The notes under the pieces were generated by a model, which saw nothing but the letters and a program-made list of their open reading frames with translations, was not told the origin of the DNA and did no database searches. Shown here piece after piece: positions 40,374 through 48,718 of a stretch of 64,000 nt of DNA. Positions within the stretch are counted from its first letter, which is position 1; every line of letters begins with the position of its first letter. Made by a program: the position numbers and the translations under genes. The DNA is from an uncultured Albidiferax sp. (GTDB lineage: Bacteria > Pseudomonadota > Gammaproteobacteria > Burkholderiales > Burkholderiaceae_C): contig CAUPON010000021.1 of the NCBI GenBank assembly GCA_963513025.1, forward strand, positions 6,487 to 70,486, in the 5' to 3' direction.

Positions 40374-41599
40374 AATGCCGCCACTGTGGGGCCCTGCTGA
40401 GCCTGCCTTTTCTGGACCTGGGCAGCGCGCCGCCCAGCAATGCCTACCTGACCGACACCACACTGAACGCGCCCGAGGTCTGGTACCCGCTGCGCGTGCT
40501 GGTCTGCCAGCACTGCTGGTTGGTGCAAACCGAGGACCACGCCGGGCGCGAGGCCTTGTTTACCGCCGACTACGCCTACTTCAGCAGCATCTCCAGCTCC
40601 TGGCTGGCCCATGCCCAGGCCTATGTGGTCGAGATGCAGCAGCGCTTCGCACTCGGCGCGCAGAGCCGGGTGGTCGAGGTCGCCTCCAACGACGGCTATC
40701 TGCTGCAGTACGTGCAGGCCGCTGGCGTGCCTTGCTACGGAATCGAGCCCACGGCCAGCACGGCGGCCGCCGCCAAGGCCAAGGGTATTGCGGTGGTGGA
40801 GCGCTTCTTTGGCGTGGCGCTGGCGCAGGAGCTGGTGGCCCAGGGCCAGCAGGCCGACCTGACCGCCGCCAACAATGTGTTGGCCCATGTGCCCGACATC
40901 AACGACTTCGTTGCCGGCTTTGCCGCGCTGCTCAAGCCCCAGGGCGTGGCGACCTTCGAGTTCCCGCATGTGCAGCAGATGGTGCAGCAGTGCCAGTTCG
41001 ACACCGCTTACCACGAGCACTATTCCTACCTGTCGCTCACGGCGGTACAGCGCATCTTTGCCGCCAATGGTCTGCAGGTGTTCGACGTGCAAGAGCTGCC
41101 CACCCATGGCGGCAGCCTGCGCGTATTCGCCCAGCGGGCCGATACCGGCACCCAGCCTGTGGCACCCGCTGTGCAGCAGGTGCTGCTGGGCGAAGAAGCG
41201 GCCGGCATGCGCACGCCTGATTTCTACAGCCAATTTGGCGCCCAGAGCAGGCGCATCGCGCGTGAGCTGCTCTCATTTTTGGTAAACGCCGCACATGCGG
41301 GCACCTCTATCGCCGCCTATGGTGCCGCCGCCAAAGGCAACACTCTGCTGAACTTTGCCGGCGTGCGCCCGCACCTGCTGCCCTATGTGGTGGACCGTGC
41401 CCCGGCCAAGCAGGGCAAATACATGCCCGGCAGCCGTATCCCCATCGTGGACGAAGCCCAGCTGCGCGCGCAGCAGCCGCGCTATGTGCTTATCCTGCCG
41501 TGGAATCTGCAGGCCGAGGTGATGGAGCAGCTGGCTTACATCCGCGACTGGGGTGGTCGCTTTGTCACCGCCGTGCCCGGGCTGGTCGTGTGGCCGTGA
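40370..41599 (+). CDS. SAM-dependent NDP-hexose C-methyltransferase (TylCIII/EryBIII/NovU/TcaB9 family)
   Basis: Zn site CRHC...CQHC, YAYFSS, EVASNDGYLL, NVLAHV, YHEHYSY, PTHGGSLR, YGAAAKGNTLLN. Confidence 0.9.
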   Translation: MKCRHCGALLSLPFLDLGSAPPSNAYLTDTTLNAPEVWYPLRVLVCQHCWLVQTEDHAGREALFTADYAYFSSISSSWLAHAQAYVVEMQQRFALGAQSRVVEVASNDGYLLQYVQAAGVPCYGIEPTASTAAAAKAKGIAVVERFFGVALAQELVAQGQQADLTAANNVLAHVPDINDFVAGFAALLKPQGVATFEFPHVQQMVQQCQFDTAYHEHYSYLSLTAVQRIFAANGLQVFDVQELPTHGGSLRVFAQRADTGTQPVAPAVQQVLLGEEAAGMRTPDFYSQFGAQSRRIARELLSFLVNAAHAGTSIAAYGAAAKGNTLLNFAGVRPHLLPYVVDRAPAKQGKYMPGSRIPIVDEAQLRAQQPRYVLILPWNLQAEVMEQLAYIRDWGGRFVTAVPGLVVWP

Positions 41600-42480
41600 A
41601 GGTACTGCTCACCGGCGCCAGCGGCTACCTGGGCCGCTACGTGCTGGCCAGCCTGCGCGCGCAGGGCTGTGAGGTGGTGGTACTGGGTCGCAGCCTGCCT
41701 GCCGGCTTTGAGGATGTACCCCTGGTGCCCTGCGACCTGCTCGACGGCGCGGATCTGGCGGCAGCAGTGCAGCAGGCCGGCGCCACCCATCTCATGCACC
41801 TGGCCTGGACCACCGAATACGGCGTGTACTGGGCGTCGCCGTTGAACTTCCGCTGGGTCGATGCAACCTTGCGCCTGTTACAGGCCTTTTGCGACGCCGG
41901 TGGCCGGCATGTGGCCATCGCCGGCACCTGCGCCGAATACGACTGGGCCTCCGGTTATCTGCGCGAAGACGCCACGCCCTATGCGCCGGCCACGCTGTAC
42001 GGAGTGGCCAAGGACGCGACCCGCCGCATGGCCGCGGCGCTGTGTGCGGCCCGCGGCGTGTCGCTTGCCTGGGGCCATATCTTCTTCCCATTCGGTCCGG
42101 GCGAGGCCACCCAGCGCATGCTGCCCTCGCTGCTGCGGGTGTTCCGCGGCCAGGCGGAGCCTTTCGGGGTGAATCTGGCGGCTTACCGCGGCATGCTGTA
42201 TGTGCCGGATGCGGCGAATGCGCTGGCGACCGTGCTGCTGCAGGGCTGCAAGGGCAACTTCAATATCTGCTCGGGCCAGCCGGCGCTGATCGGCGACGTA
42301 GTGCAGACCCTGGCCCGTTTGTGCAATGCCGACCCCGTTCCGGTGCTGGCCCTTGCGACTGCCCGCCCCGGCGATCCACCGATGCTGGTGGGCGAAAACA
42401 CCCGCTTGCTGGCCACCGGCTGGCGACCTACTTTTACGCTGGAGCAGGGCCTGGCCGCCCTGGTCCGTTCAACAGCTTGA
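41596..42480 (+). CDS. NAD(P)-dependent NDP-4-ketosugar reductase/epimerase (extended SDR)
   Basis: VLLTGASGYLG, GTCAEY, LYGVAK; GTG start 41596 overlaps the previous stop. Confidence 0.88.
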   Translation: MKVLLTGASGYLGRYVLASLRAQGCEVVVLGRSLPAGFEDVPLVPCDLLDGADLAAAVQQAGATHLMHLAWTTEYGVYWASPLNFRWVDATLRLLQAFCDAGGRHVAIAGTCAEYDWASGYLREDATPYAPATLYGVAKDATRRMAAALCAARGVSLAWGHIFFPFGPGEATQRMLPSLLRVFRGQAEPFGVNLAAYRGMLYVPDAANALATVLLQGCKGNFNICSGQPALIGDVVQTLARLCNADPVPVLALATARPGDPPMLVGENTRLLATGWRPTFTLEQGLAALVRSTA

Positions 42481-42498
42481 TGCCAACAGGAGATCTCT

Positions 42499-43281
42499 AT
42501 GACCACCCCAGAACAACAATTTGCGGCCGAGCGCCAAGAGCGGCTCAGCGCCTACGCACAAGACAACGCGTTCAAAGACCTGTCGCGCCAATGGCTGCAA
42601 ATGTCGATGGACAAAAAGTATGTATACAACTTTGACTGGCTCGGCCGGCCCATCATCCAGTACCCGCAGGACATGGTCGCTATCCAGGAGCTGGTTTGGA
42701 CGGTGCGCCCTGATCTGATCATTGAAACCGGCATTGCCCACGGTGGCTCGTTGATCCTCAGTGCGTCCATGCTGGCCATGCTGGACATGTGCGATGCCAT
42801 TGAAAGCGGCACCAGCATTGATCCACGGGTGTCGGCGCGCAAGGTGATTGGCATCGACATCGACATCCGCGAGCACAACCGTGCCGCCATCCAAGCCCAC
42901 CCCATGGCCAGCCGCATCCAGATGGTGCAGGGCTCGTCGATTGCGGCGGATGTGGTGGCCCAGGTGCGGGAAGCGGCGCAGGGCTACAAAAAAGTGATGG
43001 TGTTCCTGGATTCCATGCACACCCACGACCACGTGCTGGGCGAGTTGGATGCATATGCGCCGCTGGTTAGCCCGGGCAGCTACTGCGTGGTGTTCGACAC
43101 CTTTGTGGAAGACATGCCGCCCAAATTCTTTGCCGACCGCCCCTGGGATATCGGCAACAACCCCAAGACCGCCACCCGCCAGTGGTTGAAGGGCCACCCG
43201 GAGTTTGTGGTGGACCCTGCGGCCGAATCGCGGCTGATGGTGACGGTGGCGCCCGAAGGCTTCCTGAAGCGCTTGGCCTAG
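42499..43281 (+). CDS. CmcI / cephalosporin-hydroxylase family protein (probable sugar O-methyltransferase)
   Basis: WLGRPIIQYPQDM, PDLIIETGIAHGGS, VFLDSMHTHDHV, YCVVFDT. Confidence 0.85.
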   Translation: MTTPEQQFAAERQERLSAYAQDNAFKDLSRQWLQMSMDKKYVYNFDWLGRPIIQYPQDMVAIQELVWTVRPDLIIETGIAHGGSLILSASMLAMLDMCDAIESGTSIDPRVSARKVIGIDIDIREHNRAAIQAHPMASRIQMVQGSSIAADVVAQVREAAQGYKKVMVFLDSMHTHDHVLGELDAYAPLVSPGSYCVVFDTFVEDMPPKFFADRPWDIGNNPKTATRQWLKGHPEFVVDPAAESRLMVTVAPEGFLKRLA

Positions 43282-43309
43282 GCCGGCGTTTGTATGCAAA
43301 AACGTCAGT

Positions 43310-43365
43310 CGCTATGCTATCTATAGCTGCTGGCGCAATCCAAATAAGCGATGGAGCCCTGTTTT
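43310..43365 (+). repeat. REP-like repeat, copy 5
   Basis: GCTAT-gctatct-ATAGC-tgctg-GCGC-aatccaaataa-GCGA-TGGAGCC. Confidence 0.7.
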
Positions 43366-43386
43366 ATCTAAAAGCTGAGCGGCAAT

Positions 43387-43414
43387 AAAAAAAGACCCCT
43401 AGGGGTCTTTTTTT
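43387..43414. terminator. Bidirectional intrinsic terminator
   Basis: Perfect 28-bp palindrome AAAAAAAGACCCCT/AGGGGTCTTTTTTT between the convergent CmcI-family gene and flagellin 1. Confidence 0.8.
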
Positions 43415-43431
43415 GTGGGCCCGGAGCCGGT

Positions 43432-44655
43432 TTATTGTTGCAGCAGGGTCAGCACGCTCTGTGGCAGCTTGTTGGCTTGGGCCACCATGGCGGTACCTGC
43501 CTGTTGCAGGATCTGGGTGCGCGACAGATTGGCGGTTTCCATTGCGAAGTCGGCGTCCACGATCCGGCCCTTGGCGGCAGCCAGGTTTTCGATCTGGATG
43601 CTGATGTTGCTGACCGCGCTTTCAAAGCGGCTTTGTAAGGCGCCGAGGCCGGCACGCGCCGAGTTCACCTGGTCGATGGCTTCGTCGATCTTCTTCAGCG
43701 CGACCCAGGAGTTACGCTGTGTATCCACCGTCAAGGTGTCGATGCCCAAGGCGTCGGTGGTTGTGTCGGTGGAGTTGATGTTGGAAGCCAATGCGCCGCC
43801 GGCCAAGCCGGTGGTGGCGGTGGTGAAGCCGGCCAGGGTCACGACCTTGGCGTCGCCAGCCGAGTCGAGCTCGGCGGACATCAGGTCGATGCGGTAGGTC
43901 TGGTCGTCGTTTTGCGACAGGAAGGCTGTCACACCAGTGTCCGCAGACTTACGGTTGATCGCCTCGATAACCTGTCCCATGCGTTCTTCGCCTGAATTGG
44001 CAGCGGAAATCGCGCCCAGATCAAAAGCCGCGGTGTCGCCGGTGACCGAAATCGTCAAGGTGTTGCTGGCGAGGGAGGTAAGTGTGCTGACGGCGGATGC
44101 GTCCACATTGCTAGCGGTCTGGTCGAATGCGTAGGCCACATCGGACAAACCCTTGGCGGTCGAGTTGGTCAAGGCGCCCAGCGATGCCACGTCGCCAGAG
44201 TTGGCGCCCACCTGGAACACCGCGCCAGCAAACGAGCCGTCGAGGATTTTTTTGCCGTTGAACGAGGTTTGCTTGGCAATCCGGTCGACTTCGTCTGTCA
44301 GCTGTGTAACTTCAGCCTGCAGCGCGGCACGGTCGGCTTTGCTATTGGTCGCATTGCTGGCCTGGACTGCCAGTTCACGCATACGTTGCAGCATGTCGCC
44401 CACCTTGCCCAACGCGCCTTCAGCGGTTTGCGCCAGCGAAATGCCGTCGTTGGCGTTACGCGCCCCGACGGTCAGGCCGCGCACCTGGGTGGTCATGCGT
44501 TCCGAAATGGCCAAACCGGCTGCATCGTCCTTGGCGCTATTGACCCGCAAGCCGGAAGACAGGCGTTGCATGGAGGTTGCCAGCGAGTTGGCCGAGGTAG
44601 CCAGGTTGCGCTGCGCATTGAGCGAATTGATGTTCGTGTTGATCGTTGCAGCCAT
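43432..44655 (-). CDS. fliC: Flagellin 1
   Basis: QRLSSGLRVNSAKDDAAGLAIS, LQRMRELAVQASN, RIVDADFAMETANLSRTQILQQAG. Confidence 0.97.
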   Translation of the reverse strand: MAATINTNINSLNAQRNLATSANSLATSMQRLSSGLRVNSAKDDAAGLAISERMTTQVRGLTVGARNANDGISLAQTAEGALGKVGDMLQRMRELAVQASNATNSKADRAALQAEVTQLTDEVDRIAKQTSFNGKKILDGSFAGAVFQVGANSGDVASLGALTNSTAKGLSDVAYAFDQTASNVDASAVSTLTSLASNTLTISVTGDTAAFDLGAISAANSGEERMGQVIEAINRKSADTGVTAFLSQNDDQTYRIDLMSAELDSAGDAKVVTLAGFTTATTGLAGGALASNINSTDTTTDALGIDTLTVDTQRNSWVALKKIDEAIDQVNSARAGLGALQSRFESAVSNISIQIENLAAAKGRIVDADFAMETANLSRTQILQQAGTAMVAQANKLPQSVLTLLQQ

Positions 44656-44738
44656 TACGGAGCTCCTTTTTCAGATGAAAGTTGGCCTATGCCAGTTCGG
44701 GTCAGCTCAGCTGGCCAACGACCATGAGCGGTAAGTAA

Positions 44739-44780
44739 ATTGTGGACATCGGGCAAAAATGCAGTGGCGCGATAAGCGGC
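44739..44780 (-). promoter_or_regulatory. Class-2-like promoter of flagellin 1
   Basis: Minus strand GCCGCTTATC-N26-CACAAT; the 10-mer is identical to the one upstream of fliL. Confidence 0.6.
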
Positions 44781-44810
44781 AGAAAAGCCGGGTTATTTAC
44801 ATGTCGGGCC

Positions 44811-44837
44811 TAAAGTTTTCTGTGGGGCACCCGAAAA
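44811..44837 (+). promoter_or_regulatory. Sigma28 promoter of flagellin 2
   Basis: TAAAGTTT-N11-CCCGAAAA. Confidence 0.7.
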
Positions 44838-44897
44838 CATACTCAACGGGCCTTTTCACTGGTTCGTCATTGAACTCAACCCTTCAGGAGCTTTGAA

Positions 44898-46118
44898 ATG
44901 TCCACCTCTATCAATACGAACATCAATTCGCTCAATGCGCAGCGCAATTTGATGTCGTCGGCCAACTCGTTGGCGACGTCTATGCAGCGTTTGTCCTCGG
45001 GTTTGCGGGTGAACAGCGCCAAGGATGATGCCGCCGGCTTGGCGATTTCCGAGCGCTTCCTGACCCAGGCCAAAGGTTTGACGGTCGGTGCCCGTAACTC
45101 CAACGACGGCATTTCGCTGGCGCAAACCGCTGAAGGCGCGTTGGGTAAGGTCGGCGACATGCTGCAGCGTATGCGTGAACTGGCAGTCCAGGCCAGCAAT
45201 GCAACCAACAGCAAGGCCGACCGCGCTGCACTTCAGTCCGAAGTTTCCCAGCTGACCGACGAAGTCGACCGGATTGCCAAGCAAACCACCTTCAACGGCA
45301 AAAAAGTGTTGGACGGTTCGTTCGCCGGTGCAGTGTTCCAGGTGGGCGCCAACGCTGGTGACAATATTTCTGTGGGTGCACTGACCAATTCCAGTGCCAA
45401 GGGTTTGTCCGATGTGTCATACGCCTTCGACCAAGCTGCCAGCAATGTGGATGCTTCTGCCGTCAGCACGCTGACTTCCATCGCCACCAACGTCTTGACG
45501 GTGTCGGTGACAGGCGATGCTGCTGCCTTTGATCTGGGGGCGATTGCCGCCGCCAGCTCTGGCGAAGAGCGTATGGGCCAGATCGTTGAAGCAATCAACC
45601 GTAAGTCTGCCGATACCGGTGTGACGGCCTTCTTGTCGCAAAACGACGACCAGACCTACCGTGTCGACCTGATGTCCAGTGAACTGGACTCGGCTGGCGA
45701 CGCCAAGGTTGTGACTCTGGCTGGTTTCACCACCGCCACCACCGGCTTGGCCGGCGGCGCATTGGCCTCTAATATCAATGCCACCAATACCACCACCGAT
45801 GCCCTGGGTATCGATACCTTGACGGTGGACACACAGCGCAACTCCTGGGTCGCGCTGAAGAAGATCGACGCCGCCATCGACCAGGTGAACTCGGCACGTG
45901 CGGATCTGGGTGCTTTGCAAAGCCGCTTTGAAAGCGCCGTGGGCAATATTGCGATCAGCGTGGAAAACATCTCTGCTGCACGTGGTCGGATTGTGGATGC
46001 TGACTTCGCGTCGGAAACCGCCAATCTGTCGCGTACCCAGATCCTGCAGCAGGCAGGTACCGCCATGGTGGCCCAGGCCAACAAGCTGCCACAGAGCGTG
46101 CTGTCTCTGCTGCAATAA
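44898..46118 (+). CDS. fliC: Flagellin 2
   Basis: Same conserved termini as flagellin 1; central region highly similar. Confidence 0.97.
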   Translation: MSTSINTNINSLNAQRNLMSSANSLATSMQRLSSGLRVNSAKDDAAGLAISERFLTQAKGLTVGARNSNDGISLAQTAEGALGKVGDMLQRMRELAVQASNATNSKADRAALQSEVSQLTDEVDRIAKQTTFNGKKVLDGSFAGAVFQVGANAGDNISVGALTNSSAKGLSDVSYAFDQAASNVDASAVSTLTSIATNVLTVSVTGDAAAFDLGAIAAASSGEERMGQIVEAINRKSADTGVTAFLSQNDDQTYRVDLMSSELDSAGDAKVVTLAGFTTATTGLAGGALASNINATNTTTDALGIDTLTVDTQRNSWVALKKIDAAIDQVNSARADLGALQSRFESAVGNIAISVENISAARGRIVDADFASETANLSRTQILQQAGTAMVAQANKLPQSVLSLLQ

Positions 46119-46208
46119 GTTTCTAAGCACCGCGGTCTGCTGGTTGGGGTTGCCAAGGCGACCCCGATATGCAGGTTCCTTATCGGTAAAAAGGTGCTAA
46201 AACTTGAA

Positions 46209-46237
46209 GGCGGATAAAGGAACCCCCTTTATCCGCC
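46209..46237. terminator. Hairpin after flagellin 2 (terminator and/or regulator site for fliD)
   Basis: GGCGGATAAAGG-aaccc-CCTTTATCCGCC followed by GTTTT; overlaps CCCCTTTATC-N26-TACAAA. Confidence 0.55.
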
Positions 46238-46313
46238 GTTTTGCCTTCTGGAATGCGGATACAAATACGGCTATTCGCATTCAGCGTGGCAAGCACCGCT
46301 CTCGGAGGTCATC

Positions 46314-47744
46314 ATGGGTATTTCATCATCAGGCATTGGCAGTGGTTTGGATGTCGAGTCCATCATCACCAAACTGGTGACTTTGGAAAAGCAGCCGCTA
46401 ACCACGCTGCAAACCAAGGCCACGATAATCCAGACCAAAATCTCGGACTATTCGCAGATCAAGTCGCTGGTGTCCACCTTGTCGGATGCGGCCTCCAAAA
46501 TGACGCTGGACAGCGGTTGGAGCAGCCTGTCGGTGTCGTCCTCGAATAGCTCGGCGGTGTCGGCCACGGTAACCGGGCTGGCCTCGGCAACCAGTTTCAA
46601 TGTGGGGGTGTCGCAGCTGGCCAAAGCCCAGTCTACGGTGTCCACGGCGGTGACTGCGGGTGCTGCGTTGGGGTCTTCGGGGACCCTGACCTTGCAGCTG
46701 GGCACCTGGGCCAGCAATGCTTTCACGGCAGGGTCGGCGGCTAGCGTGGCCGTGACCGTGGCAGCTACCGACACCATGGCCCAGATCGCAACCAAGATCA
46801 ACGACTCTGGCTCGGGCCTGGTGGCGACAGTGTTGACGGATGCATCTGGCGACCGTTTGATGCTGCGTTCATCCACGACGGGAGAGGCCGCAGGGTTCCG
46901 TGTACTGGCCACCGATGGAGACGGTAACGACACGGACAGCAGCGGTTTATCGCGCCTGGGCTTTGATTTGTCCGCGACTACCGCCTATGGCATGGGCGCT
47001 AACACCTACCAGGCCGGGCAAAACGCCAAGGCTACGATCAACGGCATTGCCGTGACCTCCACGACCAACAAGTTCACGGACGTGATTGCGGGGTTGACGA
47101 TTACTGCGTCCGAGGTGACCAGTAACAATGTGGAGATATCCGCCTCCAACGACAAAGAGGCATTGACGACCAATATTCAGGCCTTTGTGGATGCCTACAA
47201 CGCCATCAATAAATACCTGGCCGATGCCACGGCTTACGACGCCACCTCGAAAACATCAGGGGATTTGCAGGGCGATGCGACGGCGATTGGCCTGCGCAAT
47301 AGCTTGCGTTCGATGCTGGGGACGGCCACGACGGGCGGCAGTGTAACCCGTTTGTACGAAATCGGTATCAGTATGGGGCGTGACGGAAATTTGACCGTCG
47401 ATGCGGCTAAGCTGAGTACGGCGCTGGATACCCCGGGGAATGTAAAAACCTTTTTTGCCCAGAACAACAACGACCCCGCCAGCAATGGCTTGGCGCGCAA
47501 GGTGAAAACCTTTACGACGGATTTGCTGTCCTTTAGTGGTGCGATGAACAACAAGGCCGATGCGCTGGCCGCTGAGACCAAGCGCAATACAGCCGAGCAA
47601 GACAAGGTGACTGCACGTGCTGCGGCGGTGGAGAAGCGCTTGCGTGCCACCTATACCGCGCTGGACACCAAGATGGCCACCTTGAGTGCGCTCAGTACCT
47701 ACATCACGCAGCAGGTAGAGGTCTGGAATAGCAGCAGTAAATAG
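46314..47744 (+). CDS. fliD: Filament cap
   Basis: MGISSSGIGSGLDVESIITKLV, VSQLAKAQ, FVDAYN, YTALDTKMATL. Confidence 0.96.
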   Translation: MGISSSGIGSGLDVESIITKLVTLEKQPLTTLQTKATIIQTKISDYSQIKSLVSTLSDAASKMTLDSGWSSLSVSSSNSSAVSATVTGLASATSFNVGVSQLAKAQSTVSTAVTAGAALGSSGTLTLQLGTWASNAFTAGSAASVAVTVAATDTMAQIATKINDSGSGLVATVLTDASGDRLMLRSSTTGEAAGFRVLATDGDGNDTDSSGLSRLGFDLSATTAYGMGANTYQAGQNAKATINGIAVTSTTNKFTDVIAGLTITASEVTSNNVEISASNDKEALTTNIQAFVDAYNAINKYLADATAYDATSKTSGDLQGDATAIGLRNSLRSMLGTATTGGSVTRLYEIGISMGRDGNLTVDAAKLSTALDTPGNVKTFFAQNNNDPASNGLARKVKTFTTDLLSFSGAMNNKADALAAETKRNTAEQDKVTARAAAVEKRLRATYTALDTKMATLSALSTYITQQVEVWNSSSK

Positions 47745-47804
47745 GAGTGCTGCTCGCTGTTGTGTACCCAGGGATCTGAATTTTTCCAAATGCCAATTTT
47801 TGAT

Positions 47805-47831
47805 TTGAGTTTCTATGGGCCATGCCGATAA
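47805..47831 (+). promoter_or_regulatory. Sigma28 promoter of fliST
   Basis: TTGAGTTT-N11-GCCGATAA (perfect -10 element). Confidence 0.75.
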
Positions 47832-47863
47832 CTAAAGTATCAAGTCCAATGGAATCCACGACC

Positions 47864-48274
47864 ATGTTTACTCCAGTTAGCGCCCGAGCCGCATCTGCTT
47901 ACAAGCGAGTTGGCGCTCAAACCAGTGTAGAGGGAGCCAGTCCGCACCAAGTGGTTTGCTTGCTGTTTGAAGCCTTGATGCAATCCCTGTATGCCGCCCG
48001 CGGTTGTATTGACCGAGGCGACCTGGAAGGCAAGGGCAATGCGTTGTCCAAGGCGGTGCGCATTCTGGATGAGGGCCTGAAGTTGTCACTGGATATCGAG
48101 TCTGGTGGCGATCTAGCGCTCAACCTGCGCGGTGTATACAACTACAGCATCTTGCAGCTGACAACAGCCAATCTCAAAAATGACGCGGCTTTGGTTGACG
48201 AGGTCGTGCAATTGATTGCCCCTGTGTTTGATGCCTGGAAAAGCATCGCTGTGTCTCCTGTCGCAAAAATCTAA
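47864..48274 (+). CDS. fliS: Flagellin chaperone
   Basis: ASPHQVVCLLFEA, KAVRILDEGL, NLRGVYNY; start re-called to ATG 47864. Confidence 0.93.
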   Translation: MFTPVSARAASAYKRVGAQTSVEGASPHQVVCLLFEALMQSLYAARGCIDRGDLEGKGNALSKAVRILDEGLKLSLDIESGGDLALNLRGVYNYSILQLTTANLKNDAALVDEVVQLIAPVFDAWKSIAVSPVAKI

Positions 48275-48301
48275 ATTTACCTATCGTGCCGGACCCAGAC
48301 T

Positions 48302-48601
48302 ATGTCGCAAATTCTGATTGACTACTACAAAGCCATTGAAGACAGCAGCCACAAGATGCTGCAGGCTGCCCAGCATGAGAACTGGGATGAAGTCGTGCGC
48401 TATGAGGGGGCTTGTGCGGTGTTGATCGAGCAACTGCGCCACCAGTCTTTGGCGGAGCAGCTGACCCCCGAGCACAAAACAGAAAAGGCCCGCATCATGC
48501 AACGCATTTTGCGCAATGACGCGCAAATCCGTTGTTTGACCGAGCCGTGGATCCAGCAGTTTGAGCAGATTCTGGAGCGCAAACCGCAGTTGCTACATTG
48601 A
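48302..48601 (+). CDS. fliT: FliD chaperone
   Basis: MLQAAQHENWDEV, IMQRILRNDAQIRCL; position after fliS. Confidence 0.85.
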   Translation: MSQILIDYYKAIEDSSHKMLQAAQHENWDEVVRYEGACAVLIEQLRHQSLAEQLTPEHKTEKARIMQRILRNDAQIRCLTEPWIQQFEQILERKPQLLH

Positions 48602-48643
48602 AAAATGATAGCTTGTGGCGCTTATGCAGTAAGCGCCAGAGGC
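48591..48643 (+). repeat. REP-like repeat, copy 6
   Basis: GCTAC-N11-ATAGC-ttgtg-GCGC-ttatgcagtaa-GCGC-CAGAGGC; overlaps the fliT stop. Confidence 0.7.
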
Positions 48644-48655
48644 ATTTCGCCAATT

Positions 48656-48682
48656 AAAAAGCCCCTTTATGGGGCTTTTTTT
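48656..48682. terminator. Bidirectional intrinsic terminator (fliT / fliE)
   Basis: AAAAAGCCCC-tttat-GGGGCTTTTTTT. Confidence 0.8.
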
Positions 48683-48718
48683 ATGTGACTCGCAAAGACG
48701 GATGAAGCTGCTGTTCTA

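Noticed and set aside
31835-43281. Island as a mobile element or an O-antigen cluster
   Set aside because: No integrase, transposase, tRNA or terminal repeats were seen, and there are no wzx/wzy/wzm/wzt genes.
42499-43281. Literal cephalosporin hydroxylase / beta-lactam biosynthesis
   Set aside because: This is only the family name; no beta-lactam genes are nearby and the context is sugar tailoring.
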